Assembly (NCBI GenBank): GCA_963824385.1 | Contig: CAWGPD010000004.1 | Span: 320,001 to 384,000, forward strand | Origin: an uncultured Nitrososphaerota archaeon | GTDB lineage: Archaea > Thermoproteota > Nitrososphaeria > Nitrososphaerales > Nitrosopumilaceae | DNA length: 64,000 nt | Direction: 5' to 3' | Part shown: piece by piece, positions 44,551-55,190 of the stretch | How the letters are laid out: each line of letters starts with the position of its first letter | How positions within the stretch are numbered: position 1 is the first letter of the stretch | Notes under the pieces: model-generated | What the model saw: only the letters and a program-made list of their open reading frames with translations | The model's database searches: none | Told to the model about the DNA's origin: nothing | Translations under genes and position numbers: made by a program

Positions 44551-45396
44551 TTACCGTATTTTTGAAGTTGTGAATTTGCACTCGTACTCTTGCTCAAAGA
44601 ATATCTTTGGTTTTTTTTTCTCTTCTAGGATAAACTCCTCAGACAGTATTTTGCCAACTGCAAGAGTATACGGCAATTCCATCTTGTGCATTTGTCCCTC
44701 ATTCCACAGGTCATAGAATATTCCGCGTTTGCCATTTGGCGTGCTTACGATTATCAAGTCCCCGTCTGTGTTTGCAATGTTTGGCCTTAATGCCCCATAG
44801 ACTGCGGCATCATCTTTTTTCCTGATAAAGGCAGCCTCGTCTAAAAATACGCAGATGACATGGTCCGGACCGCGTACTGCCTCTGCATCTGCAGGAAATA
44901 CTCGAATTGTAGTGCCGTTGAATAATTTCATGCTTGACTTTGTACTCTTTTTTATCAAATCCGAATATGAAAAATGCACCCCGTCAAGGTCAGTAAACCC
45001 GTTTTCAAACAATCTTGAAAACCTATCCAATGTAGCCTCTGCCTGCAACATCCTGTTTCCTGCAACTATCATTATATCGTATCCAGCATATCTGAAAAAA
45101 CAATTCATTGCAATGGAACGAAGTACGGTCTCTGTAACACCTATCTTTCTTGATTTATTGATTATTACCCTGCGTTTCTTGTTAATCGCTGCATCAATAT
45201 CAATCTGAAAAGGCAAGAGTTTGATAGTCTTTTTCTTGTCAGGTGAGACTGGCAGTCCTATCATTGTATTAAATTTTTCAAAATCTTTTGGAACATTCGG
45301 TACATGAACTGTTTTTTGAGTTTGCGGGTTCTCAAGATAAGTTGCTACTACTTTCTCAATGTATCTTGCAAGTGATTTTGTCATGTTACTTGCCAC
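44551..45396 (-). CDS. Terminase large subunit-like ATPase domain only (no nuclease domain)
   Basis: LLPFQ adenine-binding motif; Walker A VIINKSRKIGVTE; AVRG; Walker B VFLDEAAF; coupling motif IIVSTPNG..G.FY; FEQEYECKF, then stop. Confidence 0.85.
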   Translation of the reverse strand: MASNMTKSLARYIEKVVATYLENPQTQKTVHVPNVPKDFEKFNTMIGLPVSPDKKKTIKLLPFQIDIDAAINKKRRVIINKSRKIGVTETVLRSIAMNCFFRYAGYDIMIVAGNRMLQAEATLDRFSRLFENGFTDLDGVHFSYSDLIKKSTKSSMKLFNGTTIRVFPADAEAVRGPDHVICVFLDEAAFIRKKDDAAVYGALRPNIANTDGDLIIVSTPNGKRGIFYDLWNEGQMHKMELPYTLAVGKILSEEFILEEKKKPKIFFEQEYECKFTTSKIR

Positions 45397-45853
45397 TTCT
45401 CTTCCTCAAAGATTCTTCTACGCGTCGGTCTATTTCATCACTTGTTGCCATAACCAGAGCATATGGTACCTTTTTCTCTATTAGTTCCATAATTGTCTTG
45501 ATGCAGTACTGAATCGAACTTGTAAAAGTTTTTGGAATTGTTTTATGCTTGTCACGATATGCTTGTACCTCAGATTGTAACTCGGCAAGAATTTTGTATT
45601 CCTCAGAGAGTAGACTGTCAATGGCAAGGACTATGCTTTGTCTTTCTTGTCTCTCTCTTGCAAAGAAATCCTTGTTTTCAGATTCTGTAATATCCTGAGA
45701 CCATTTGTTAAAATAATTGCATACAGTTTTGATATTATGACCAGTCTTCTGTGCGGCAAAAGTTGCACTAAGGTTTTTCTCAAAATACGGTCGGAGTTTG
45801 TTTGCAATCTCAGCCTCAATCTTTTTTGGAGGTCTGCCTATAATCGCTGTCAT
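45386..45853 (-). CDS. Putative terminase small subunit-like HTH/coiled-coil protein
   Basis: GRP motif, HTH-like LSATFAAQKTGHNIKTVCNYF, helical C-terminus; overlaps the start of the TerL-like gene in canonical terS-terL order. Confidence 0.6.
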   Translation of the reverse strand: MTAIIGRPPKKIEAEIANKLRPYFEKNLSATFAAQKTGHNIKTVCNYFNKWSQDITESENKDFFARERQERQSIVLAIDSLLSEEYKILAELQSEVQAYRDKHKTIPKTFTSSIQYCIKTIMELIEKKVPYALVMATSDEIDRRVEESLRKRSGK

Positions 45854-46109
45854 ACATTATTTACACGCTTGTCACATAAAAAACTATTGAAAAATTACAA
45901 TTAAGAAATTCAATATACATTAATGTAATTAATCTACATTAAATTATAAACATGCAAGTATTTCTTTTTCCATTATCTTCCATTTATGACATTCGTGCTT
46001 TTTTCTAGGTCAAAAAAGTAATTCAACAGGTTCAAAAAAGACTATTACTAACTCAAAAAATCCACCCAGCTAGAATTAATAAGGTATAGTACGGTACCAA
46101 TACCGTAAC

Positions 46110-46454
46110 ATGAAAACTAGAATGACGTACATATCAGTGGAAGTGGCAGATCATTTCTCAGATTTCATCATAAAAAGAGATGAGCAGGTATTAGATGCAG
46201 TAAAAGCACGAACCAGAGATTTTAGTACCATTTCCATTCTAAAATTATTATATCAGCTAAGGTGCAATGCTATGACTTTCTCCGATCTATATGTGAAATC
46301 AAATATCAGAATGAAGAGATCGTTTCTAAATTATCTTCATCTGTGTGTATCATATAATTTCGTAAGCAAGGAACCCAGTGGATCAAATATGGTGTATTCC
46401 ATAACTGACAAGGGAAGGACAATGTTGGATCTATTCATGCAAAAAAGCAACTAG
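46110..46454 (+). CDS. Winged-helix DNA-binding protein
   Basis: MTFSDLYVKSNI....FLNYL...VYSITDKGR.ML. Confidence 0.8.
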   Translation: MKTRMTYISVEVADHFSDFIIKRDEQVLDAVKARTRDFSTISILKLLYQLRCNAMTFSDLYVKSNIRMKRSFLNYLHLCVSYNFVSKEPSGSNMVYSITDKGRTMLDLFMQKSN

Positions 46455-46501
46455 GGTATAATTGCATAATTCTTTTATTCCAATCACATAGAGCAGAGTC
46501 A

Positions 46502-47521
46502 TTGGGAATTACTTACAAAGATGCAGGTATTGATATCAATAAGATAAAACAGAGTCAGGCAAGCATAGGAAAACTCATTGCATCTACTCACAAGTTACAA
46601 AAAAAGGCAAAGATAATGTCTGGATTTGGACACTATGCTGGAATTGTAGAAATACCAGGAGGTACACTATTAGCAACCCACACAGATGGTGTTGGAACCA
46701 AAGTCATGATTGCACAATCTATGAAAAAATATGACACTGTTGGAATAGATTGTGTTGCAATGAATGTAAATGACATAATATGCATCGGTGCAGTTCCCGT
46801 ATCTTTTGTTGACTATATTGCAGCCAATAGAAATGATCAAGACATATTCAAGCAAATAGTTCGAGGACTTGTAAAAGGTGCAAAAGATGCCCAAGTTCCC
46901 ATAGTGGGCGGCGAGACTGCGATATTGCCGGATTTAATATCAGGGAAGAATTTTTCTTTTGATCTAGCAGGAATGGTTGTAGGAATTCTCAACAAACAAG
47001 ACATGATCCTTGGCGACAAAATAAAAACAGGTGACATTATCATCGGAATAAACAGTAGTGGACTACACTCAAACGGATATTCACTTGCAAGAAAGGTGCT
47101 TTCAAAATATTCCATGAGAGAGAAAATAAAAGGTTTAGGAATTCTTGGCGAAGTACTTCTTGCTCCTACTGAGATCTATGTCAAACCAGTTTTGCAGGCA
47201 ATCAAAGAATGTAACATCCATGGACTGGCACATATCACAGGCGGTTCATTTACCAAGCTTTTAAGACTAAAAAAGACTGGATTTTTGCTAGACAGCCTAC
47301 CGGTACCTCCTTTGATATTTCAAATAATTGAGAATCATGGTGTTGTAAGAAAAGAGATGTACAAGACGTTTAACATGGGAATTGGATTTTGTATAATTGC
47401 GCCAAAAAAAGAAGAAACAAGAATAAGTCAAATCTTCAAAAAACATGGATTTCACAATAGGCAAATTGGCAAGATAATTGAGAAAAATGGCGTATACATA
47501 GACAAATTAAGAATAGCATGA
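46502..47521 (+). CDS. purM: Phosphoribosylformylglycinamidine cyclo-ligase (AIR synthetase)
   Basis: TYKDAGID, TDGVGTK, VAMNVND, GGETA, SSGLHSNGYS, HITGG, TFNMGIG. Confidence 0.97.
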   Translation: MGITYKDAGIDINKIKQSQASIGKLIASTHKLQKKAKIMSGFGHYAGIVEIPGGTLLATHTDGVGTKVMIAQSMKKYDTVGIDCVAMNVNDIICIGAVPVSFVDYIAANRNDQDIFKQIVRGLVKGAKDAQVPIVGGETAILPDLISGKNFSFDLAGMVVGILNKQDMILGDKIKTGDIIIGINSSGLHSNGYSLARKVLSKYSMREKIKGLGILGEVLLAPTEIYVKPVLQAIKECNIHGLAHITGGSFTKLLRLKKTGFLLDSLPVPPLIFQIIENHGVVRKEMYKTFNMGIGFCIIAPKKEETRISQIFKKHGFHNRQIGKIIEKNGVYIDKLRIA

Positions 47522-47596
47522 TTACATGTGAAAATCAGAAAATTTACCTGATTACTCTAGATTAGGATTTAATACCCAAATTCATTCTAACAAGTC

Positions 47597-49184
47597 GTGC
47601 AAAAAGCAGGTGTAACGTTTGAGGATGCATGTAAAGAGATATCAGATAATCTCCTCTCCATTTCCAATCCTACAGACAAGGATACAAAAAGAGAGGTCAA
47701 AAGAATTTGTATAAAATACGCACTGGAGAGAATTCCAAGAAATTATGAGATACTAGCACATGTGACAGGCACTGATTATATCAGACTTCAAAAAGTCTCT
47801 AGTACGAAAACCTGTCAAGACCGCATCAGGGGTTGCAGTGATTGCACTGATGCCAAAACCATATGCATGTCCGCATGGAAGATGCAGTTATTGTCCTGGA
47901 GGCATTGAATATAATACTCCAAATAGTTACACAGGACGAGAACCATCAACACAAAACGCCATAGCAAACAGCTATGATCCAAAAAAGCAAATTCTTGACA
48001 AGCTAGAACATCTCATAGCATATGGTCATGACAGTACAAAGCTAGAACTAGTAATAGTAGGTGGAACATTTCTTTTCATGCCGCATAGTTATCAGACCAA
48101 TTTCATCAAATCATGTTTTGACGCTTTAAACGGATTTGATTCTCAAGATTTAGACTCGGCTCAGAAAAATAATGAGAAAGCAAATTTTAGAAATGTTGGA
48201 TTTACTATAGAGACCAAGCCAGATTATTGTAAGAAAGAACATGTAGACTGGATGCTAGAATACGGAGTAACTAGAGTCGAGATAGGAGTACAGAGTCTTC
48301 ATGAGAAAGTATACAAAATAGTAAACAGAGGACACACCTACAAGGATGTAACAGAATCATTTCAAATATCAAAAGACGCAGGTTATAAGATTGTAGCACA
48401 TATGATGCCAGGCCTTCCGTCAATGACACCAGAAGAAGATATTTCAGATTTTAAGCAGTTATTTTCAGATCCAGAATTAAGACCAGATATGTTAAAAATA
48501 TATCCAACATTGGTTCTTGAGAATACTCCCCTTTACGATATGTACAAGCAAGGAAAGTTTACTCCATATTCAGATGACGAGATGGTACAAGTCCTAACAG
48601 AGATTAAAAAAACTATTCCAAGATGGGCAAGAATAATGAGAGTTCAAAGAGAGATATCATCAGATCAAATAGTAGCAGGGCCAAAACTTGGAAACTTGCG
48701 TCAAATTGTCCAGCAAAATCTAAAAAAACAAAACATTTCTTGCAAATGCATCAGATGTAGAGAAGTTGGATTGTCTGAAAATACGATTAACGTTGATGAC
48801 ATAAAACTCCACAGAGAAAATTATGATTCTTCATACGGGCATGAAGTTTTCTTGTCATATGATGATTCCAAGGACAGAATATTTGGATTTTTAAGATTAA
48901 GAAAACCAAGTGATAAAGCACATAGAAGTGAAGTTAAAGGAAATACATGCATTGTAAGAGAGATTCACGTATATGGCAAGTCATTAAAATTAGGAGAAAG
49001 AGATCAGGATGGAATCCAACATTTAGGATTAGGAAAGAACTTGGTCAGTGAAGCAGAGAAAATTTCAAAAGAAGAATTTGATTCAAAGAGATTGTTAGTA
49101 ATAAGTGCAGTAGGAACAAGAGAATATTATAAAAAACTTGGTTATGTTCCTCTTGGTCCATACATGTCAAAGGATTTGAAATAA
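47597..49184 (+). CDS. elp3: Elp3 tRNA U34 carboxymethylation enzyme (radical SAM + GNAT); frameshift near 47797
   Basis: RKPVKTASGVAVIA.M.KP..CPHGRCSYCPGG; ETKPD; VEIGVQS; QHLGLGK; ISAVGTREYY. Confidence 0.93.
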
Positions 49185-50773
49185 TGGAAGAAGAGCAACA
49201 AATAATCGGCAGAGGAACATGGATAGACAAACTTGCAGATGATCTTTTACAACGAGAAAAGACACTTGGAAGAAAGACGGATATAATAAGAGTAGAAAGT
49301 GGCCTAGGAGCATCTGGAATTCCCCACATTGGAAGTTTAGGAGATGCAGTTAGAGCATACGGAGTAAAACTTGCTCTTGAAAATTTTGGATACAAATCAG
49401 AATTGATTGCATATTCTGATGATTTAGACGGATTAAGAAAAATTCCTGAGGGGTTGCCAGAATCTCTAAAAGAACACATTGGAAAACCCGTCTCTTTTAT
49501 TCCAGATCCATTTGGATGTCATGATTCGTATGGTCTGCATATGAGCAGCCTCCTTTTGGACGGTCTTGACAAACTTGGAATAGAGTACAAGTTTCAACGA
49601 GGAGTTGATACATACCGAAATGGGCTACTCAAAGATCAAATTCATACAATATTGACAAACAGTAAAAAAATTGGTGAAAAGATAGCAGAGATGGTAGGTC
49701 AGGAAAAATATCAAGAGACATTACCATACTTTCCAGTATGTGCAAATTGTGGCAGGCTGTATACTGCAATGGCATACGAGTATTTGCCTGATCAAAAGAA
49801 GATCAAATACAAATGTGCAGATACAACAATTGGTTCAAGACCATTACAAGGATGTGGCCATGATGGAATTGCAGATATTACAAAAGATCTAGGAAAACTT
49901 CCTTGGAAGGTAGAATTTGCTGCAAGGTGGCAGGCCTTTGATATCAGATTTGAGGCATATGGTAAAGATATCATGGATTCAGTAAAAGTAAACGACTGGG
50001 TAGCAGAGAAGATTCTGAACTTTCCAGCTCCAACTCATGTAAAATATGAAATGTTTCTTGATAAAGGAGGAAAAAAGATATCAAAATCACTTGGAAATGT
50101 GCTTACTTCGCAGGCCTGGCTTAGATATGGAACACCCAAAACAATTCTTTTGTTACTTTACAAAAGAATCACAGGAGCGCGTGAAGTAGGTATTGATGAC
50201 ATACCAGCCCTAATGGATGAATACAATGAACTTGAAAATATCTACTTTGGAAAAATAAAACTGGACAACGAGACCAAAGTTGTAGAATCCAAGGGCTTGT
50301 ATGAATATGTGAATTTACTAAATCCTCCAAAGGCTCAAAAGCCATATGTCAATTACAGATTATTAATTCAACTCTGTAAAATATTCAGAGAGAACAGAAT
50401 CCCACTTGTTACAAAAAAACTAGTTGAATACGGAACAATTAAAGAATCAAGTCAAGAAATAGATGAGCTCATAGCACTTGCAGGAAATTATGCTGATGAT
50501 TATGACAATCCAGCAAAAATTGAGATTCATCTAGATGACATTTCAAAAAAAGTCTTGACTCATCTAGGGAATATATTATCATCAGAAGAAGAGCCAGTAG
50601 ATCTTCAGAATACCATATATCAAATTGCAAAGGATAACGGCATGCAACCAAAAGACTTGTTTCGTGTATTATATCAAATAATATTAGCATCAGACAGGGG
50701 TCCAAAAATCGGACCTTTAATCATAGATATAGGAAGAAAGAAAGTCGCCATGTCGATTTCTGAATACACGTAG
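49184..50773 (+). CDS. lysS: Lysine--tRNA ligase, class I
   Basis: SGIPHIGS, GKLPWKVEFAARW, EAYGKD, KISKSLGN, GPKIG. Confidence 0.97.
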   Translation: MEEEQQIIGRGTWIDKLADDLLQREKTLGRKTDIIRVESGLGASGIPHIGSLGDAVRAYGVKLALENFGYKSELIAYSDDLDGLRKIPEGLPESLKEHIGKPVSFIPDPFGCHDSYGLHMSSLLLDGLDKLGIEYKFQRGVDTYRNGLLKDQIHTILTNSKKIGEKIAEMVGQEKYQETLPYFPVCANCGRLYTAMAYEYLPDQKKIKYKCADTTIGSRPLQGCGHDGIADITKDLGKLPWKVEFAARWQAFDIRFEAYGKDIMDSVKVNDWVAEKILNFPAPTHVKYEMFLDKGGKKISKSLGNVLTSQAWLRYGTPKTILLLLYKRITGAREVGIDDIPALMDEYNELENIYFGKIKLDNETKVVESKGLYEYVNLLNPPKAQKPYVNYRLLIQLCKIFRENRIPLVTKKLVEYGTIKESSQEIDELIALAGNYADDYDNPAKIEIHLDDISKKVLTHLGNILSSEEEPVDLQNTIYQIAKDNGMQPKDLFRVLYQIILASDRGPKIGPLIIDIGRKKVAMSISEYT

Positions 50774-50775
50774 AC

Positions 50776-50964
50776 ATGGCTCATAGTGAATACAATAGAC
50801 CCAAGGGAACAGGCGTAATACTAATTGCAATAGGAATAATAATTTTTTTCTTTGCTCCAAGTTATTCTAAACATAGTCTCATAGAACGAATAATAATCAC
50901 CGTTCTTGGCTTTGGGATTGGTGGCATGGGATTTTACATTTCTTTTTTGAAAAAAAGAGCATAG
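50776..50964 (+). CDS. Small two-TM membrane protein
   Basis: 62-aa ORF 2 bp after lysS with two hydrophobic helices. Confidence 0.6.
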   Translation: MAHSEYNRPKGTGVILIAIGIIIFFFAPSYSKHSLIERIIITVLGFGIGGMGFYISFLKKRA

Positions 50965-51019
50965 TTTCAAGCATGCCCTAAAAGCAATACTTTTCTTACC
51001 TTAAACCAGAGTTCTTCTA

Positions 51020-51838
51020 ATGGGACTTTTTGGGCACAAGAAGAATTTGGGGAAAAATACAGAGGAGAAACTAGATAAGAAAACTCATGCCTTAGATGAA
51101 AATGATACATCTCATGAAGAGATTAATGATCTCAAAAAAGAGATTCAAGATACTGCAATAATGCTTGGAACATATTCACAGCAATTAGAGAGGGCCAAGA
51201 CTGAACTTGATGCTGTCACCCAGGAAGTAAAAACAGTACGAGAAGAAATAGAATTAACAAAAAGTGATGTCCAGTCCAAAAAGGCAGAGACTGATTCCAT
51301 CCTAAAACAGATCAAAGTTTCAAAGGAAGAATTGGAATTAACAAAATCACAGTATGTACAAGAAGAGGTAGAACGAATAAAGCAGCAAATCAATCAAGTG
51401 CAAGATGAATTATCAAAAATAAAGTCTGAAAAAGAATACGCTGTTTTAGAATTGGAAGAAGTAGAATCCAAGGCATCTTCTACAAGAGAAGAATATGAGA
51501 AAATTTTGTCAGCTAAAGGAGTCGAAGAAAAGACAATCGCATCATTAAAAGATCAACATGAAATGAAGAAAAAGGAGATTACATTGGCTAAAAAAGAACT
51601 AGAGTTCATAGAAAGAGAACTTGCCACAGTAGGAAAAAATAACAATACACAGAGAATTGTAGAGGCTGCAGGAGCAGTTGCTGCAGCAATCAATGCAAAA
51701 TACGAAGATGCTAAAAAAGAACTTGAGATAATCAAAATTGCTCTTGCAAGAACAAAGGAAGAATATGAAACTGCAAAAAAAGAGATAGATGAATTAAAGA
51801 ATAATATCAGTGCAAAAAACACTACAAGTGAAACATAA
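51020..51838 (+). CDS. Coiled-coil protein
   Basis: E/K-rich heptads; IVEAAGAVAAAINAKY segment. Confidence 0.8.
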   Translation: MGLFGHKKNLGKNTEEKLDKKTHALDENDTSHEEINDLKKEIQDTAIMLGTYSQQLERAKTELDAVTQEVKTVREEIELTKSDVQSKKAETDSILKQIKVSKEELELTKSQYVQEEVERIKQQINQVQDELSKIKSEKEYAVLELEEVESKASSTREEYEKILSAKGVEEKTIASLKDQHEMKKKEITLAKKELEFIERELATVGKNNNTQRIVEAAGAVAAAINAKYEDAKKELEIIKIALARTKEEYETAKKEIDELKNNISAKNTTSET

Positions 51839-51893
51839 TTTTTAAGTAAAACAATTAGACAGCCTTTTAAGACATGAACTCCATTTTGACCTT

Positions 51894-52124
51894 GTGAATG
51901 AGGCTTTTGTCTTATTAAATGTCGATTATAAGCAACAAAAAAACATAATCGAGACTGCAAAAAAAATTCCAATGGTAAAAGAGGTAAAGACGGTTTATGG
52001 AATCTATGATGTTTTGGTAATCTTACAATCAGACAATATGCAAGATATCAAGACTGCAATTGATGTAGATTTACATAAAATAGACGGGATTAACAACCTC
52101 ACATCGCTTATTTCTGTAAACTAA
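51894..52124 (+). CDS. Stand-alone Lrp/AsnC ligand-binding domain protein
   Basis: AFVLLNVD...VKEV..VYGIYDV. Confidence 0.88.
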   Translation: MNEAFVLLNVDYKQQKNIIETAKKIPMVKEVKTVYGIYDVLVILQSDNMQDIKTAIDVDLHKIDGINNLTSLISVN

Positions 52125-52125
52125 A

Positions 52126-53100
52126 TTGTCCCAAGAATATGAAATTATAATAGTTGGAGGCGGACCTGCTGGATTATCTGCAGGAATATTCATAGCAAGA
52201 CAAAAAGTCTCTTGTCTCTTAATTTCAAAGGATTTAGGCGGGCAGTTAAATTTGATACCAAAACTTGAGAATTATCCCGGAACTATAATGTCAAGCGGAC
52301 CATTACTTGCAAAGACCCTTGAGAACCAATTTCTAATGTTTGGAGGAGAGATGATATATGATACAGTTGAGAGAGTAGATGAGACAGAGACAGGGATTAA
52401 AATTAAAACAACTCGTTCTGAATATACAGCAAAAGCACTAGTTGTTGCACCAGGAAAAGTACCAAATAATCTAGGTGTTGAAAATGAATCTACATTTGTA
52501 AACAAGGGAATACATTATTGTACAAAATGTGACGCTCCGTTTTACCAAGGAAAGACAACTGCAGTTATTGGAGTAGGAGCATATCTGTTAGAATCAGGCA
52601 TTTTACTTTCAAGAATGGCATCAAAAATATACATGATTTACAAAGGAGGCGCACTTGGTGGAGACAAAGAAATGATTGCATCAATTGAAAAGAAAGAAAA
52701 CATAGAGCTTGTTCCCCAGTCTTCTGTCAAAGCAATATCAGGTACAAGTAATCTTCAGTCAATTACAATTGTAAACAATTCAGGAGTTGAGAAAGTGGTT
52801 AACATAGACGGACTTTTCATAGAGATGGGTTCAAAGATAAATCTTGATTTTATAAAACATCTAGTAAATATCAATACCAAAAGTGAGATCGAGGTTACAA
52901 GTGATGGAAAGACATCCCATCCAGCCATATTTGCGGCAGGTGACGCATCAAGTATTCCCTACAAGCAAATCATAGCAGCCTGCTCTGGTGGTGCTAATGC
53001 GGGATTATCAGCCTTTAATTACATTGAAAAACTCAAGGGACGACCAGGAATAAGAGCAGACTGGAAGAAGACCATAGGCGATACTGTATTTCATTACTAA
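52126..53100 (+). CDS. trxB: Thioredoxin reductase
   Basis: IVGGGPAG, ENYPG, HYCTKCD redox motif, IFAAGD. Confidence 0.9.
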   Translation: MSQEYEIIIVGGGPAGLSAGIFIARQKVSCLLISKDLGGQLNLIPKLENYPGTIMSSGPLLAKTLENQFLMFGGEMIYDTVERVDETETGIKIKTTRSEYTAKALVVAPGKVPNNLGVENESTFVNKGIHYCTKCDAPFYQGKTTAVIGVGAYLLESGILLSRMASKIYMIYKGGALGGDKEMIASIEKKENIELVPQSSVKAISGTSNLQSITIVNNSGVEKVVNIDGLFIEMGSKINLDFIKHLVNINTKSEIEVTSDGKTSHPAIFAAGDASSIPYKQIIAACSGGANAGLSAFNYIEKLKGRPGIRADWKKTIGDTVFHY

Positions 53101-53124
53101 TTATAATACACAAGTAATTTTAGA

Positions 53125-54604
53125 CTAATTTTCAGGAATAGGAGATTTAACAAGTTGCCGTCTAAGAGCAAATGCAAGACCTATTGATACACATGAAATA
53201 ATAGCCGCAGTAAAAAATATGAGATTATACGATTCAGCCGTAGGAAAGGAGCCAATAATTCCAGATATAGTAGTCTTGTGTGTTTGCATGTACATTCCTG
53301 CCATGGCAGGACCAACCGATGCGCCAATAATTCGAATAAGCGTACTCATTCCAAGTGATACTCCAATATCTTTTCGGGGAGTGGTCAGCATTATCACATT
53401 CATTGCACCAACATTTGTCAATGAAAGACCTGTTGATAAAATTGCAAGATTTGCTGAAACTAGAAATTCTGTAGAATGATTAGTGTAAAGGCTTACAAAT
53501 CCAATTGCACTAATTAGACTTCCCAGTAGGATAGGTTTTGTGGAACCAAGTTTTGATACAATAAAACCAGATGTAGGTCCAAAGAATCAGCAAAACAATT
53601 GCAAATGGAAGTTGTACATTACTAGTCATCAGAGGATCTTCGCCAAATCCTAGAGGTGACGGGCTTCTAACAAGTACGGGTATTGTCTGAAATACCATGA
53701 ACATGGACATACCTACAATCATAATCATTATGTTTGCGGGCAGAATTGTTTTATGTGCTAGTATTTTCATACTAACAAGTGGATATGGAGTTCTTTTTTC
53801 TATAATTGCAAATAATATCAGGTAAACAATTCCTATAGCAACAAGACCTATCACAGCAAATGAATTTGAATCATCACCATTTTCTACCATGGTCAATGCC
53901 ATCAAAAATGCACTAACAGAAACAGTCAAGGTAATTGCACCTTGAATATCTATTTTATTTCTAGAACTAGTTCCACCCTCACTGGTCTTTTCTGCATGTA
54001 AATGAGGCTCTTCCACATGTATGAAACGTGCTATAATTACAAGTAGTGCAATTGATACAGGAATTATAGAGTAAAAAGTAGATTGCCAGCCAAAAGTTTG
54101 TATCAGATGACCACCAGAAACTAGGCCAATAACTGCACCTGTTGCAAACATTGACGATATTATCCCTTGACCAATTGCCAGTTTGTTTCGTGGAAATAAT
54201 TCTCGAATTATACCAAATGCAATTGGGAACATGGACATGCCTATTCCTTGTATGATACGCACTAGAAGCATTTCATAGATATTTGTGACAAATCCTCCTA
54301 ATGATACTCCAAGTACATAAATTGCCATTATAATCAATAGAACTTTTTTTCTTCCATAGATATCAGAAAGTTTACCAGCAATAGGAGTCATGATTGCCCC
54401 AGCTATCAGATAAGTTGTTAGAATCCAGGATGACATGCCATAAGATATATGAAAATCTTTGATCAAATCAGGGATTGCTGGAATCAACATGGTTTCGGCA
54501 TACATTACCATGGTGGCAATCAAACTTAGAATTGCCAGAGTCTTCCAGGCAGTGGAAGAAATTTTTTCTGCTGGATTTCCATTATTTGATTTTGACATTG
54601 CCAT
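53125..54604 (-). CDS. MFS transporter (DHA2-like); frameshift near 53586
   Basis: GKLSDIYGRKK motif A; multi-TM; the two ORF pieces join via FGPTSGFIVSKLGS. Confidence 0.9.
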
Positions 54605-54609
54605 AAAAT

Positions 54610-55098
54610 TCAGATGTTCCTTTTGTTTGCTTTAACAGATGAAAGTGTTTTTTCCAACTCAAATGAAGTAACTAAATTTTTAGAAATTTTTCGAAGTGTA
54701 TCAAGTGTTATTTGGATATCATTTTCTGAAATATTTTTAGTCGAAGATCTTCTTATTTTTAGGGCACATTCAATCATAGACTCCCACAGCGAATCAGCTT
54801 TTGGCGTAAGATAGATCCTATTTGCTCGCCTATCAGTCAAATCAGGTTTTCTTTTTAACAGTCCTTCTTTTTCCATTTTATCAATAACTGGTACTAGTGT
54901 TGCACCTTCAATTCCCATCTTGTCAGCTATCTCTTTTTGTGTCAGTCCAGGTTGTAATACAAGAGCTCCAACTACACGCCATTGGCTAAGAGTAACCCCA
55001 ACATTTCTTCTAAGTTCAATATCAAGGGACTTTTGAAAGGATTTTGCCGTATTATTTACAACAAACCCCACACTATTTTCAAAATCATATTTTGTCAT
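54610..55098 (-). CDS. MarR-family regulator (start reassigned to Met 55098)
   Basis: QWRVVGAL, LTQKEIAD, DKMEKEGLL.R..D..DRRAN.IYLT. Confidence 0.92.
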   Translation of the reverse strand: MTKYDFENSVGFVVNNTAKSFQKSLDIELRRNVGVTLSQWRVVGALVLQPGLTQKEIADKMGIEGATLVPVIDKMEKEGLLKRKPDLTDRRANRIYLTPKADSLWESMIECALKIRRSSTKNISENDIQITLDTLRKISKNLVTSFELEKTLSSVKANKRNI

Positions 55099-55100
55099 AC

Positions 55101-55133
55101 TTAGAGTACTAATCATTAGGACACTAATCATTA
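55101..55133. promoter_or_regulatory. Tandem inverted-repeat operator and TATA upstream of marR
   Basis: TTAG-N4-CTAA at 55101-55112 and 55116-55127; ACTAATCATTA repeated with 15-bp period; minus-strand TTTATAAT at ~55130-55137. Confidence 0.6.
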
Positions 55134-55190
55134 TAAACCTTCATTGAAAACCAGCGATTTGCTTATATCTTTAGCAAACTTGTACGCATC

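Noticed and set aside
44498..45853. Intact provirus or gene transfer agent
   Set aside because: No portal, capsid, tail, integrase or att sites recognisable in the window.
45916..45927. Palindrome TACATTAATGTA upstream of the terS-like gene
   Set aside because: Short and almost entirely A/T within a very AT-rich gap; not distinguishable from background.
47597..47908. Programmed frameshifting or pseudogenisation of elp3 and other split genes
   Set aside because: No shared slippery heptamer or stimulatory structure; the indel pattern is window-wide and fits sequencing error.
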